From positions 1 to 64,000 of IMG/VR virus record IMGVR_UViG_3300026488_000025: a DNA stretch of 64,000 nucleotides; one strand, 5' to 3'. The translations under genes were made by a program, and so were the position numbers. Below are positions 35,860-45,787 of the stretch, in pieces (the stretch's first letter is position 1; every line of letters begins with the position of its first letter). This stretch comes from a virus. The notes under the pieces were generated by a model, which saw nothing but the letters and a program-made list of their open reading frames with translations, had not been told where the DNA came from and made no database searches.

Positions 35860-37109
35860 TATTCAGATTCCTTCGTTTTGAACTTACCTCTACTGTAATC
35901 CACATTAAGTGATTTACCTTTGAATTCGTTGATATTATACATCGTGTCTAGCATAATCGATTCAAGAATCGTTCTAAGGCCACGAGCTCCTGCCTTTTGT
36001 TCAAGTGCCATATCAGCAATTTGGTCGATACTTTTTTTACTGAAACCTAAATCTACATCGTCCATTGTGAATAATGTTTTGAACTGTGAAATAATGTTGT
36101 TGCTAGGCTCTGTTAAAATTCTAACCATTTCTTTCTTTGTAATCATTTCTAATTCAGTATGGATTGGGAAACGACCCATTAGCTCAGGAATCATACCATA
36201 AGCAATAAAATCTTCATTCGTTACTGATTCTTTTTGAGTTTTTTTCTTATCATCAAAATTATAACCAATAACATCATTGTCCTTTAGTCTTGCTTTAATA
36301 ACATCATCCATACCATCGTATGCACCAGCACAGATAAACAGAATATTTGTAGTGTCGATTTCTACTGTCTTACCTGCATTAGGATTTGATTTGTTTCTAT
36401 CGATAGGAACCTGAACCTTAGAACCTTCTACTAATTTAAGAAGCTCTTGTTGTACACTAGCACCACCGACATCACGACCACGACCACCAGTCTTAGCAAT
36501 TTTATCTACCTCATCGATGAATACGATACCACGCTCACACGCTGCGATGTCTTCGCCCGAATCTTGATACAATCTATACAGAATACTAGAAACATCTTCT
36601 CCGACATAGCCAGACTGTGTTAATGATGTGCTATCTGTAATAGCCATTGGAACATTTAGTGCCTTAGCAATCGTTTGTGCAAGTAATGTTTTACCTGAAC
36701 CAGTGGGCCCAATCATCAAGATATTTGATTTTTGTACATACTCGCCTGTCTTAAGCTTGAGTAATCTTTTGTAGTGGTTATATACAGCTACAGCAAGAAC
36801 TTTTTTGGCTTGATTTTGACCTATAACGGCCTCATCTAATGTATTTTTTACTTCTACTGGAGAGAATACATCCCAATCGATTAAATCAGTGCTTTCTTCT
36901 GGTGTATCAGAAAAAATATCCATATCTTTTGTACCGAGAACATCTGATGCAACAGCTACACACGATTTACAAATACTGACATCATCAGCTACGATGATAA
37001 CATTTTCTTTTGTTTCTTTTTGTTTACAGAAACTACACACTTTTGTTTCGTTCTCTTTGCTTTCTTTACTCATTAATCTCGTCCTTTTCTTTTCTAATTG
37101 ATTCACCAT
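35859..37109 (-). CDS. clpX: ClpX ATPase subunit
   Basis: CSFC/ICKSC zinc domain, VIGQNQAKK.LAVAVYNHYKR, GPTGSGKT, GYVGEDV, VQQELLK and GARGLR. Confidence 0.95.
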   Translation of the reverse strand: MVNQLEKKRTRLMSKESKENETKVCSFCKQKETKENVIIVADDVSICKSCVAVASDVLGTKDMDIFSDTPEESTDLIDWDVFSPVEVKNTLDEAVIGQNQAKKVLAVAVYNHYKRLLKLKTGEYVQKSNILMIGPTGSGKTLLAQTIAKALNVPMAITDSTSLTQSGYVGEDVSSILYRLYQDSGEDIAACERGIVFIDEVDKIAKTGGRGRDVGGASVQQELLKLVEGSKVQVPIDRNKSNPNAGKTVEIDTTNILFICAGAYDGMDDVIKARLKDNDVIGYNFDDKKKTQKESVTNEDFIAYGMIPELMGRFPIHTELEMITKKEMVRILTEPSNNIISQFKTLFTMDDVDLGFSKKSIDQIADMALEQKAGARGLRTILESIMLDTMYNINEFKGKSLNVDYSRGKFKTKESE

Positions 37110-37476
37110 TTTGTAACTTAATAATATTGGCTCTTAGTTTCATTCCACCAAAGATGTGTAGAACATAAAAGAAGCTTAATACCGGGTAACCTAATCCTGC
37201 TAACATAATAAACACTAAAGTATCTAAAGTGCAATCGAACCACAAAGGCACTGATAGTTTCCATTCATTGTCTGCTTCGTATATTGTTTCAGCTAGTACT
37301 GGTACACTACCAAAAGTACCAGCTAATGCTGTTAGCCAAAACACAAAAATAGATACAGCAACGAACCCGCTAATATCGTAAACTGTACCAACTATTAACA
37401 GGCTGATTAATATTGTATTTGTTGCAATGTATTTAATCATCCTAGTAGCATCTGAAATATTCTTCGTTCTTTCCAT
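37066..37476 (-). CDS. Hypothetical membrane protein
   Basis: 3-4 hydrophobic segments. Confidence 0.55.
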   Translation of the reverse strand: MERTKNISDATRMIKYIATNTILISLLIVGTVYDISGFVAVSIFVFWLTALAGTFGSVPVLAETIYEADNEWKLSVPLWFDCTLDTLVFIMLAGLGYPVLSFFYVLHIFGGMKLRANIIKLQNGESIRKEKDEINE

Positions 37477-37512
37477 TGATTCTCCTTACTTCATATTATA
37501 TCGTAATATAAC

Positions 37513-38001
37513 TTAATATTTTATTAAATCTTTGATAGGTTTACAATCTACACCTACTGAATTAAGCAATTCTACGCCACTCAAATCTCTGTATGCTTCA
37601 TCATAGATAACCTTAACGATTCCTGATTGTTTCATTAATTGAGCACATTCAGTACAAGGACTATATGTGACATAAACAGTACAACCTTCTGTGGCAATAC
37701 CGTTTTTAGCACAAAAAGCAATTAAATTCTTCTCTGCGTGTACGACATTTGGGTTACTGATAATACCTTTACCTTGGCACGATTCGCATCTTCTTTCTTC
37801 ATAAGATGATACTGTACCTGAACCATTACAGTCCAAACAATCTTTCTCACATTTGTTATCTGTACCTGATATAGTACCATTATAACCTACACTAAGAATT
37901 CTACCATCTTTTTCAAGAACAGCACCTACTTTTTTTCTAATACACGAGGACATTTCTGCCCAAACATAGGCAGTGTCCATCATAGGTTTGATAAATTTCA
38001 T
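37513..38001 (-). CDS. dCMP deaminase with zinc-finger insert
   Basis: GYNG, HAE and SPC.EC; two CxxCxGxG motifs inserted. Confidence 0.9.
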   Translation of the reverse strand: MKFIKPMMDTAYVWAEMSSCIRKKVGAVLEKDGRILSVGYNGTISGTDNKCEKDCLDCNGSGTVSSYEERRCESCQGKGIISNPNVVHAEKNLIAFCAKNGIATEGCTVYVTYSPCTECAQLMKQSGIVKVIYDEAYRDLSGVELLNSVGVDCKPIKDLIKY

Positions 38002-38297
38002 TATCTATATCCTTTTCTAGTTAATCTATGCCAATTCGGGCATTCCTTTCTTTTGAAGTGAATTTCCCAATATACATTTACGAAATTACCATCACATAAC
38101 CCTTGAACCATATTCCAATCGAAAACTCTGTTTTTAATATAGAGGTTATAAAAACTTCTATTCTCCCAATGAACTAATTGAAACATAGTGGGTTCTAAAA
38201 TATAGTTGTAATATTCGTATCTTTCTTGATTATACATTTCATATCGCTTATAAGCACAATCTCTATTTCTTGTATAAGTACACTTTCTTATTTTCAT
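38001..38297 (-). CDS. Hypothetical protein
   Basis: ORF with RBS. Confidence 0.5.
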   Translation of the reverse strand: MKIRKCTYTRNRDCAYKRYEMYNQERYEYYNYILEPTMFQLVHWENRSFYNLYIKNRVFDWNMVQGLCDGNFVNVYWEIHFKRKECPNWHRLTRKGYR

Positions 38298-38320
38298 TAT
38301 GCTTCTCCTTATAGCTATCG

Positions 38321-38743
38321 CTAGTCGTTCTTCGCTGTTAATTGGTGAATAAGAACACCAATATCAACATTTTCTTGGAACTGCTCTACTAAAAAGTTTT
38401 CTTCTTCTTCATCAAGTGGATTAGCTTTAGCCATTTTCTTCAGTTTAGCTAGTGCAGCATTTACTTGTTTGATAGCAATACCTTCTGATTTGGCTTCTTT
38501 CTTAATCTCGCCTTGAGCTTCTTTAATCTCTTTGATTTCAAGGTCATAAGCTAACATTTGTTTCGCAAAATCAATAGTGAGATTTTCAGTCGAAACTTCT
38601 CTATCTACAATATATTTTTCAACCATTTGGTCTTCTAACGATTTCTCTGGTTTTGTCTCTGGAATCGTTTCTAATGGCCCCATACCGTCATTTCCTGTTG
38701 TATCGATACTATCGAAAATATCATCTAATCCTAAATCTTCCAT
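38321..38743 (-). CDS. dsDNA-binding protein (T4 DsbA/GapR-like)
   Basis: EIKEIKE...IKKEAKSEGI..K helical pattern; likely start 38743. Confidence 0.55.
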   Translation of the reverse strand: MEDLGLDDIFDSIDTTGNDGMGPLETIPETKPEKSLEDQMVEKYIVDREVSTENLTIDFAKQMLAYDLEIKEIKEAQGEIKKEAKSEGIAIKQVNAALAKLKKMAKANPLDEEEENFLVEQFQENVDIGVLIHQLTAKND

Positions 38744-38744
38744 A

Positions 38745-39224
38745 TTAATGTTCTCCTTGAAGTTTTTGTTTTGTATTTGTGTATAGTGCTGTATCGTTAC
38801 CGAATTCCCAAAATTCATAAGCAGCGATTAAAGAATCATTATAATGAGGGTGTGTTACACTAAAGTTAAAGTTAAAGATGACTTTCTGTTTTCTATCATC
38901 AAATCCTATACTTGATACATTGTTCATATTAATATAACGATGTTCTCCTAATTCAGGTTCTAACCAATCATCTGTAAGATTCGCTACAATAATATCTTCA
39001 TATACAGAACTTTCATTCTCCTGAATATTCCAATATAAGTAATCAGGCACATCTATACCTGATTTAAGTGTACGAGGGTTGTTGAAGTGAAAAATCACTT
39101 TATCATTATCTACAAAGATTGTAGAAACATTGTCTAGGTTTACGGGTCGTTGGTCTTTAATACTAAATAAATCCATCTTCTCTATCCTCTCATTCTTATA
39201 ATCTTCTCTGCGATATAAGACCAA
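38745..39224 (-). CDS. Hypothetical protein with an internal two-fold repeat
   Basis: VNLDNVSTI...KVIFHFN / INMNNVSSI...KVIFNFN. Confidence 0.6.
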   Translation of the reverse strand: MVLYRREDYKNERIEKMDLFSIKDQRPVNLDNVSTIFVDNDKVIFHFNNPRTLKSGIDVPDYLYWNIQENESSVYEDIIVANLTDDWLEPELGEHRYINMNNVSSIGFDDRKQKVIFNFNFSVTHPHYNDSLIAAYEFWEFGNDTALYTNTKQKLQGEH

Positions 39225-39682
39225 AAGTAATCACCTTCGATACCATCTTTCATAGCGAATATCACAATATCAGAATCAGTTAAAGCCGAAGCGTTATCGT
39301 GCATAATAAGTTCATTCAAAATGTTTTTTGTTCCAACAGTATTATTAAATGAAATACTTGCTGTTTTGTCAATACCAGAAATATCTTGCGTGATACCTTG
39401 GCATCTACGAATCATTTCTTTACGGTCAAAATCTTCTCGAGTTTCTTTAGTCTCTGTCTCTCTTGCAGTCATTTGTTCATCAAAGATTTGGTCGAAGACT
39501 TTAGTTAAGTCACCAAATAGACCATTAAATGCATCTGAAGCACCTGGTTTAAAGGTAGTCTTAGTTTCTTTAACTACATTTTCAGTTTCCGTCTTTACGG
39601 TTTCTGCTGTTTTTTTGATTGTTTCTAAAACATCTGTGAATACAGATACTAATTCATCGGGGATTTCTATTTCTACTTTCAT
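39182..39682 (-). CDS. Hypothetical protein
   Basis: Promoter and RBS upstream. Confidence 0.6.
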   Translation of the reverse strand: MKVEIEIPDELVSVFTDVLETIKKTAETVKTETENVVKETKTTFKPGASDAFNGLFGDLTKVFDQIFDEQMTARETETKETREDFDRKEMIRRCQGITQDISGIDKTASISFNNTVGTKNILNELIMHDNASALTDSDIVIFAMKDGIEGDYFWSYIAEKIIRMRG

Positions 39683-39725
39683 TATCTTTCCTTTGTGTTG
39701 TATTATAACATTCTATTACTTAATT

Positions 39726-39917
39726 TTATTTAACTATTTTGATTTTACCTGAATTCGCAATTAACATACCGAATCCTACTAATGCTCCAATAAATGGCAT
39801 AATAATACCAACGATGTGTACAAACGGGTTCATTTTATATTTCGGTGATGGTTTGAAAAAGTAATAAACATTTAAGAACCAACCGTATAATACGATTAAA
39901 CTAAAAATAACACTCAT
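39726..39917 (-). CDS. Small membrane protein
   Basis: Two hydrophobic helices; RBS. Confidence 0.55.
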   Translation of the reverse strand: MSVIFSLIVLYGWFLNVYYFFKPSPKYKMNPFVHIVGIIMPFIGALVGFGMLIANSGKIKIVK

Positions 39918-39930
39918 AATCTCTCCTTCT

Positions 39931-40224
39931 TTAAATTTGTAGTCTTTGACTTATTATTGTTCTTCTATCATTTTCGGGAATGTTATGCATATTAATTGTA
40001 TCAGGTGTATCATTTTCATCACAATATCGAGTCGCGCTAGATAGAGTGTTAAATATACGATGTCCTGGGACTTCTTTACCCATTTTGGTGTCTTCAAAAC
40101 AAACAGAAAGAAATTTAATACCATCATCATAGATGTACATTTCTGAAACTGTTTTACAGTCTTCTGAAGCTATCCAGTATTTTTTGTTTTTAATACCAAT
40201 CATCTTAATCCTCCCACTCATCAC
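39931..40224 (-). CDS. Hypothetical protein
   Basis: ORF. Confidence 0.5.
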   Translation of the reverse strand: MMSGRIKMIGIKNKKYWIASEDCKTVSEMYIYDDGIKFLSVCFEDTKMGKEVPGHRIFNTLSSATRYCDENDTPDTINMHNIPENDRRTIISQRLQI

Positions 40225-40552
40225 ATTGTTGCATTACATAATCCATTTCTGCTTTTGAACGCATATAAGATGTAAGATAGCCGTCAATGTTAGATGCTCC
40301 TACTGGATTTGCTGAGTGAATATTCCAAGTAAATGTATCAGGAATAAATTCACCTGACATATCTAAGTCCATTTCAATTAGCCATTTAACAATAACCATC
40401 GAAGTGTCATCACCACCTAAATCGTGGTCCCAACTTATAAAATCAGGACAACCGAAACGAGTTAAGTACTCAATAGTTTCTTCGCTTGAACGAGTAATTT
40501 TGTCAAAAGTTCCTTTAGGATTTCTAATATCATCTACATATAACTTTCTCAT
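40205..40552 (-). CDS. Cyclic-phosphate-processing receiver-domain protein
   Basis: KLYVDDIR.P, ISWDHDLG and IHSANPVG. Confidence 0.75.
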   Translation of the reverse strand: MRKLYVDDIRNPKGTFDKITRSSEETIEYLTRFGCPDFISWDHDLGGDDTSMVIVKWLIEMDLDMSGEFIPDTFTWNIHSANPVGASNIDGYLTSYMRSKAEMDYVMQQCDEWED

Positions 40553-40624
40553 CTTTCTCTCCTTTTAATCTTTATATGTAATATTATAACATAACTTAAC
40601 TTAAAAACTCCTTATAAATAAGAG

Positions 40625-40714
40625 TATAAGAGATACTACATATACTTTCTAACTCTTAGTCGGGTTCTTAGAAAGTATATGTAGTGTGAACCCGACTAAC
40701 CTCACACTCTTATA
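40625..40714 (+). ncRNA. Structured endonuclease leader, copy B
   Basis: Late promoter 40613-20; 20-bp stem 40633-52/40668-87; loop 40656-67 perfectly complementary to 40688-99; outer TATAAGAG/CTCTTATA. Confidence 0.75.
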
Positions 40715-40736
40715 ATAAAAATATAGGAGTCTTCAA

Positions 40737-41372
40737 ATGACTACACAACAAGAAAATCAAGTAACACTATACATAGCAACTCATAACAAAACAGGTCTTA
40801 AGTATTTCGGTAAAACAACAGTTTATTTTACTGAAGAACTACTCCAAGAAAAATATCACGGAAGTGGTAAATATTGGGTTAGGCATCTTAAAAAACACGG
40901 TGATGATGTGACTATGGAAATCTATGGTATATATGCATTGGATGAAGTAAAAGAAGTTGCATTAAAGTTTTCTGAAGAAAACAATATAGTAAAATCTCAT
41001 AAATGGTCAAACCTTAAGTTAGAAAATGGTTTAGATGGAGGTTCAACTATATGGTCAGAGAAGTCAAAAATCAAAAATAGTATTAGTCACCTCGGAGTCA
41101 AAAATAGTATGTACGGAAAGACTCATTCTTTAGAAACGAAGCTTCTTTTAGGTAAACAGTCCTCACTAAGAACTCAAGGTTCTGATAATCCAAATGCTAA
41201 AAAGTGGAAAGTAACTAATCCAAACGGTATAATATTTATTGTTGAAGGAGGTATTATCGATTTTTCCAAAAAACATAATTTACCTACTACTACTTTAGCA
41301 ACAATGGCTAAAGAAAATAGAATAATGAAATCCGGTAAATTAGTGGGTTGGAAGTGTGAATTTCTTACTTAA
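40737..41372 (+). CDS. GIY-YIG-like (Seg-type) homing endonuclease with NUMOD3-like motif
   Basis: TLYIATH..TGLKYFGKT, YHGSG.YW and MYGKTHS.ETK. Confidence 0.8.
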   Translation: MTTQQENQVTLYIATHNKTGLKYFGKTTVYFTEELLQEKYHGSGKYWVRHLKKHGDDVTMEIYGIYALDEVKEVALKFSEENNIVKSHKWSNLKLENGLDGGSTIWSEKSKIKNSISHLGVKNSMYGKTHSLETKLLLGKQSSLRTQGSDNPNAKKWKVTNPNGIIFIVEGGIIDFSKKHNLPTTTLATMAKENRIMKSGKLVGWKCEFLT

Positions 41373-41542
41373 AGCAGTTATTTGCACCTAAATCTAGTGC
41401 TTGAATCTTTCTATTTGCTTCATCTTGTTCAGCTTGTGTACTAGCAAAGACAAATTCCATTAATAATTCTCTATACATTCTTTCCTCCTTTTCCTTCTAT
41501 TTATATGCATATAAATACATCATATATACTTTCGAAACCAAT

Positions 41543-42259
41543 ATGGAGACAATTATGATATTAGGACCTAGTGTAACGCACAAATTATCTTTAATAAGAT
41601 TTACTAAACTTGAAGAAGAATGCTTAGAAATACACGGCGACCAATTTAACTATGATTCTTTCGTATTTACTAATATGAGATTACCGTCCACTATAATATG
41701 TAATATATGCAAAACATCATTCGATACATCTATGGACGCTCACATAAACAAAAAGTCTGGATGCAAAAAGTGCAAATCAACTAAACCTCAGCTAACACTC
41801 GATACGATTAAAAAGAGAGTCAAAAAATGTCACGGCGACAAATACACTATACTTAGTAGCGTGTTTACCGGCATAACAAACAAACTACTAATCAGATGCA
41901 ACACTTGTAAATCAGAATATCTTCAAGTAGCCGATAGCATAACTAGAGGTATTGGTTGTGCATCTTGCAATAAGACTGGTTTTAATGACAATAAACCTGC
42001 TACGCTATACTATATAAGTGTAGCTAATACTGCATTTAAAATAGGTATAACTAATAGGACAATAAAGGAACGATTTGGTAAAGATTTTAGTAAAATACGA
42101 GTTATAGCAACAAAACATTTCGATAAAGGTGTAGATGCTCGTTTAGCAGAACGAGAAATCATACTAAAATATAGAGAATGTCGCTATTTAGGCGAAAATC
42201 TACTAATGAACGGTAATACAGAATTATTTTATATGGATGTACTACAAGGTAAGCTTTAG
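41543..42259 (+). CDS. Zinc-ribbon-repeat homing-endonuclease-like protein (DUF723/Hef-like)
   Basis: Two repeats with CxxC...GCxxC; C-terminal LYYI...FKIGIT....ERF...GNTE. Confidence 0.7.
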   Translation: METIMILGPSVTHKLSLIRFTKLEEECLEIHGDQFNYDSFVFTNMRLPSTIICNICKTSFDTSMDAHINKKSGCKKCKSTKPQLTLDTIKKRVKKCHGDKYTILSSVFTGITNKLLIRCNTCKSEYLQVADSITRGIGCASCNKTGFNDNKPATLYYISVANTAFKIGITNRTIKERFGKDFSKIRVIATKHFDKGVDARLAEREIILKYRECRYLGENLLMNGNTELFYMDVLQGKL

Positions 42260-43273
42260 TAGTGCTTCCATCCCTTTATATATGTTATTATCTATTAGTG
42301 AATTTATTTGTTCTTTGGTGGCACCCATTTTCACTAAATCATTAAAATCTTTTACTTTATGTGGTACCTTTTTAGGCCACACAAAAACTTTGTGCCCCGC
42401 TTTTGCATAATTTATAAGCTCTATTCTAGCTCTATCATCTATATTATTATTATCTAAACAGAATATCGGTTCCTTCAGTTCATCAATCCTATCTTTAGAT
42501 AATTGCGCACCCATCTGAGCTATAGCATTAGGTTTAAAAGTAGAAAGTGTGTCATATACAGACTCCGTAATATATACGGGCTCATCTTTTTTAATATTCG
42601 ACCAATTCCAGACCTTCCAACCAATATTCTCAGGTAGAAGCACCACTCTGAAATCTTTTTTCTTGAATGCCAATGCTTGAAAGCCGTACCATAGACCGTT
42701 TTTCCATTTGAGTGGTATAACGATGTAATCAGGTAGAGAAAACTCTCTAGCATCAAACGCTAGAGTCCCTAGACTGTATAGCCAATCCTCTTTGGGTTCT
42801 ATCCCTCGATTTCTCAGGTACTGAACTGCTTCAGGAAAATCTTTGAGATTCGGTAGAGGAATTTCTTGAACGAGCTTATCAGGCTTAGGTTCTGCTTCTA
42901 GCTCTGTCATTTTCTGTGTGATAATGTTATCGATTACCAGAGGGGCGCTTGTGGGTTTGGTTTCTTTCTCTATCACTAAGCGATTAAAACCTTCTGATTG
43001 ATTTTCTTTTTTAAACTGAGGAAATAATGAAGGATGATAATCTCTTAAATAAGAATACATATTTCCAGTATAATCGCAGTTCCAACATTTTATAGCATCG
43101 CCATCAAATCCCGATTTCGTGAAAAGGTGTAATCGTTTCTTTGAACGAGAGTGAGCAGAGTCTCCACAGATATCGCATCTACAAGCATAATCCTGAGGTG
43201 TTTCTGTACCTAAATCAGAAGCACTATGAACTAATTTCCAATATTTAACATTAATGGGGTCAAGTCTTGCCAA
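42242..43273 (-). CDS. DNA primase (gp61-like)
   Basis: Zn ribbon CDICGDS...CWNC, YLRNRGI, TOPRIM ESVYD/LDN and KDFND. Likely TTG start at 43273. Confidence 0.85.
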   Translation of the reverse strand: MARLDPINVKYWKLVHSASDLGTETPQDYACRCDICGDSAHSRSKKRLHLFTKSGFDGDAIKCWNCDYTGNMYSYLRDYHPSLFPQFKKENQSEGFNRLVIEKETKPTSAPLVIDNIITQKMTELEAEPKPDKLVQEIPLPNLKDFPEAVQYLRNRGIEPKEDWLYSLGTLAFDAREFSLPDYIVIPLKWKNGLWYGFQALAFKKKDFRVVLLPENIGWKVWNWSNIKKDEPVYITESVYDTLSTFKPNAIAQMGAQLSKDRIDELKEPIFCLDNNNIDDRARIELINYAKAGHKVFVWPKKVPHKVKDFNDLVKMGATKEQINSLIDNNIYKGMEALLKLTL

Positions 43274-43349
43274 TAGTTCTCCTTTTTGGGGTTTATAAAT
43301 ACAAGTATAAATAAATTTATATAACATTATATCTAAGAGGTACTTAAAA

Positions 43350-43637
43350 ATGATACAAAACGAAGCTTTACAAGCAGAATTTTCTAAGCTAGAAGCACTA
43401 ACAACAAAGTCGTATGCAAATCATATTATGATGAACTCATTAAAAATGTTAGGTTCTAAGAAATCAGAATCTAAAGATGTGCTTGATGAAAAAGATTATA
43501 AGTTATTGAATTCATATAAGTATCCTGATAGATTAATCAAGATGTTAGAACACAACTCTGCTCGTTTTGAGGCAGAGGGTTCATTTGGTGTGTCATTTGC
43601 GAAGTTAGCACTTCAAGGACACGATATTACTTTCTAA
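43350..43637 (+). CDS. Hypothetical protein
   Basis: ORF with RBS, convergent with RNase H. Confidence 0.55.
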   Translation: MIQNEALQAEFSKLEALTTKSYANHIMMNSLKMLGSKKSESKDVLDEKDYKLLNSYKYPDRLIKMLEHNSARFEAEGSFGVSFAKLALQGHDITF

Positions 43638-44713
43638 AAGAAGTCAGCCAATGAAGTTTCTACTTCAGCTCCCGAAATATAAAAATCAGATGCATTAGCA
43701 AATAACTCCCCTAGACTATATTTTAACAGAAAATCATTAATCTTCTTAGCATTGAATTGAATCGTTTGTTCTTTGAAATCTTTAACGACTGGATTATAAA
43801 TGTAATCAGGAATAGCATCGAAACTAGTTAAGATATAATTCAAATCGTAATTCTTTCTATACATAACATTCTCGCTTAAATTTACTTCCAAATCTTGAAC
43901 GAATTTTAATGCACCTTTCTCACCGAATGGCACTGTTTTGTATATGTCTTTGATGTCTGACATCTGACCTTTTTTCTTTCCTGCTGTAATTTTCTTAAAG
44001 ACTGTGAAATCACTCATAAGTTTTTCGCTAATACTAAGTTTTAGAAACTCTGGTACGCTTGTAGTGTAAATTTCATTCTCTTTGAGATACGAAATAAATG
44101 TTGGACTGAATGCTGTCCTACTTTTAATATTTGGAATATTATCGACTGCATCACCTAAACATCTGTGAAGTATAGCATAATCTTCAGCTTCTTCTGGTGT
44201 CATTGATACAAAATCTTTTTTAATAGGTCTGTATTGTTTAACGCCTCTGTGTTTAAGTAATTGAAAGAAATCTTTATCTTCACTTAAAATAGTCACATTG
44301 TAAATAGGGCTGTATTCTTTTGCTATAACAGCAATACCATCATCTGCTTCAGTCTTATCTAACCCAATAACTTTGAATGGGAATGCTTCTTTCATAGTAT
44401 CTGTCAATTCATTAAGAACTACATAAAGAGTTTCCCAATTAATATCAGATTCAGATTTATCTCTGTTGCCTTTGTATTCCGGGTAAACATCTTTTCTCCA
44501 AGAACCAAAACCATCTAAGAATATAACTACTTCATCACTTTTAAATCGTTTCATACTGAAGCGTAGTGAATTTAGTACCATATGGAATAGCATACTCTGA
44601 AAGTCAGCTGTTACATATTTTCCATCTTTTTTTGAGGGTTTTGATAGGTGAATGGCCGTATGGACCATTCTTGAAGAAAGATGACCGAAATCTACTAGTA
44701 GTAAATTTTTCAT
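43634..44713 (-). CDS. rnh: T4-type RNase H / 5'-3' exonuclease
   Basis: LLVDF, WRK..YPEYKGNR, EADD, SEDKDF.QL, GDAVDNIP; C-terminal SLADFF resembles a clamp-binding motif. Confidence 0.9.
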   Translation of the reverse strand: MKNLLLVDFGHLSSRMVHTAIHLSKPSKKDGKYVTADFQSMLFHMVLNSLRFSMKRFKSDEVVIFLDGFGSWRKDVYPEYKGNRDKSESDINWETLYVVLNELTDTMKEAFPFKVIGLDKTEADDGIAVIAKEYSPIYNVTILSEDKDFFQLLKHRGVKQYRPIKKDFVSMTPEEAEDYAILHRCLGDAVDNIPNIKSRTAFSPTFISYLKENEIYTTSVPEFLKLSISEKLMSDFTVFKKITAGKKKGQMSDIKDIYKTVPFGEKGALKFVQDLEVNLSENVMYRKNYDLNYILTSFDAIPDYIYNPVVKDFKEQTIQFNAKKINDFLLKYSLGELFANASDFYISGAEVETSLADFF

Positions 44714-45729
44714 ATATTATCCTTTATATGTTTCAAATATGTAGTGCGGTTTATTATACTAAAACTATCTACATATTTTTGTTTATTTTTCAATAACCTG
44801 AAGTTATCAACTGTGCTTTTATACTGTTTTGCTATTAAATAGTTAGCAAAATCATTTTTCCTCATATAGATACCATCCACAAGAAAGAAGTATTTAGCAT
44901 CAATAGTTGTATAAGTATTATCAGTTTCGTAAGTAGGTTTAGTTATCTCTACTAATTTATCTGTTTTTATATCCCAAGCAGTAACTATGTTTTGTTTTAC
45001 GCTTTTAAGTTTCCCTAGTTTATATTCTTCTGAAGAAACCTTTATAGTATTGCCTTTTTCGTCTTTGACGCATACTTTATTACTGGAATTATGGCTATAA
45101 TTCTGTTTATTCTTATAATATTCTTGTTTCGTTACTGATATGTTATTACCTTTTTTATCTACAACTACAACTCTACCTTTAGTATGAAATAAATGAATAT
45201 CACTATCATATTGGTCTTTATTTACTGTAATATTTTCGCCTGTTCTTATAAGTTTAACATTAACCTTACCTTTAGCAACACCTACATAACTAGGATTTGC
45301 TTTAAACTCTTCTACTGTGACTCGCTTTTTATCGCCAGTTTCTAAATCTATAATAGTTGTAGTACCAAGTTTGTCTAGCGATATTTGTTGCATAGATTGT
45401 TGCTTTAGTGCACCATAAGTAGTAGAATCAATAACACCTTTCATATCGTTCTTGTGAGTCATACCCCACCAAGCATAAGTAGTAGATGGTTCATCTAAAG
45501 CTTGAGCTAATAGAGAATGAGCAATGTAGTGGTCTTCGCACAATAATATAGCACGATTCCACACATAGTCTTTAAGATTACTATAATCTGGAAATAATGC
45601 TTGTGGTAGAATGTGATGGTTCTCTGTTTGGTTCTTGATATATATAGACTTATTATTATTACAAAAGTCTATATACTCTATTAGTTTTAACTGGTTTTTA
45701 ACTCTAACATTTTTGAAATATTCTAGCAT
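44710..45729 (-). CDS. Free-standing HNH homing endonuclease with repeated C-terminal modules
   Basis: ENHHILP...WN...L..EDHYIAH.LL and repeated GV.KG.V.V modules; likely start 45729. Confidence 0.8.
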   Translation of the reverse strand: MLEYFKNVRVKNQLKLIEYIDFCNNNKSIYIKNQTENHHILPQALFPDYSNLKDYVWNRAILLCEDHYIAHSLLAQALDEPSTTYAWWGMTHKNDMKGVIDSTTYGALKQQSMQQISLDKLGTTTIIDLETGDKKRVTVEEFKANPSYVGVAKGKVNVKLIRTGENITVNKDQYDSDIHLFHTKGRVVVVDKKGNNISVTKQEYYKNKQNYSHNSSNKVCVKDEKGNTIKVSSEEYKLGKLKSVKQNIVTAWDIKTDKLVEITKPTYETDNTYTTIDAKYFFLVDGIYMRKNDFANYLIAKQYKSTVDNFRLLKNKQKYVDSFSIINRTTYLKHIKDNI

Positions 45730-45787
45730 AATGACCTCCAAAAGTCTATATAGTATTATTTATATAGACCGTTCAAGAAATCAAGTG

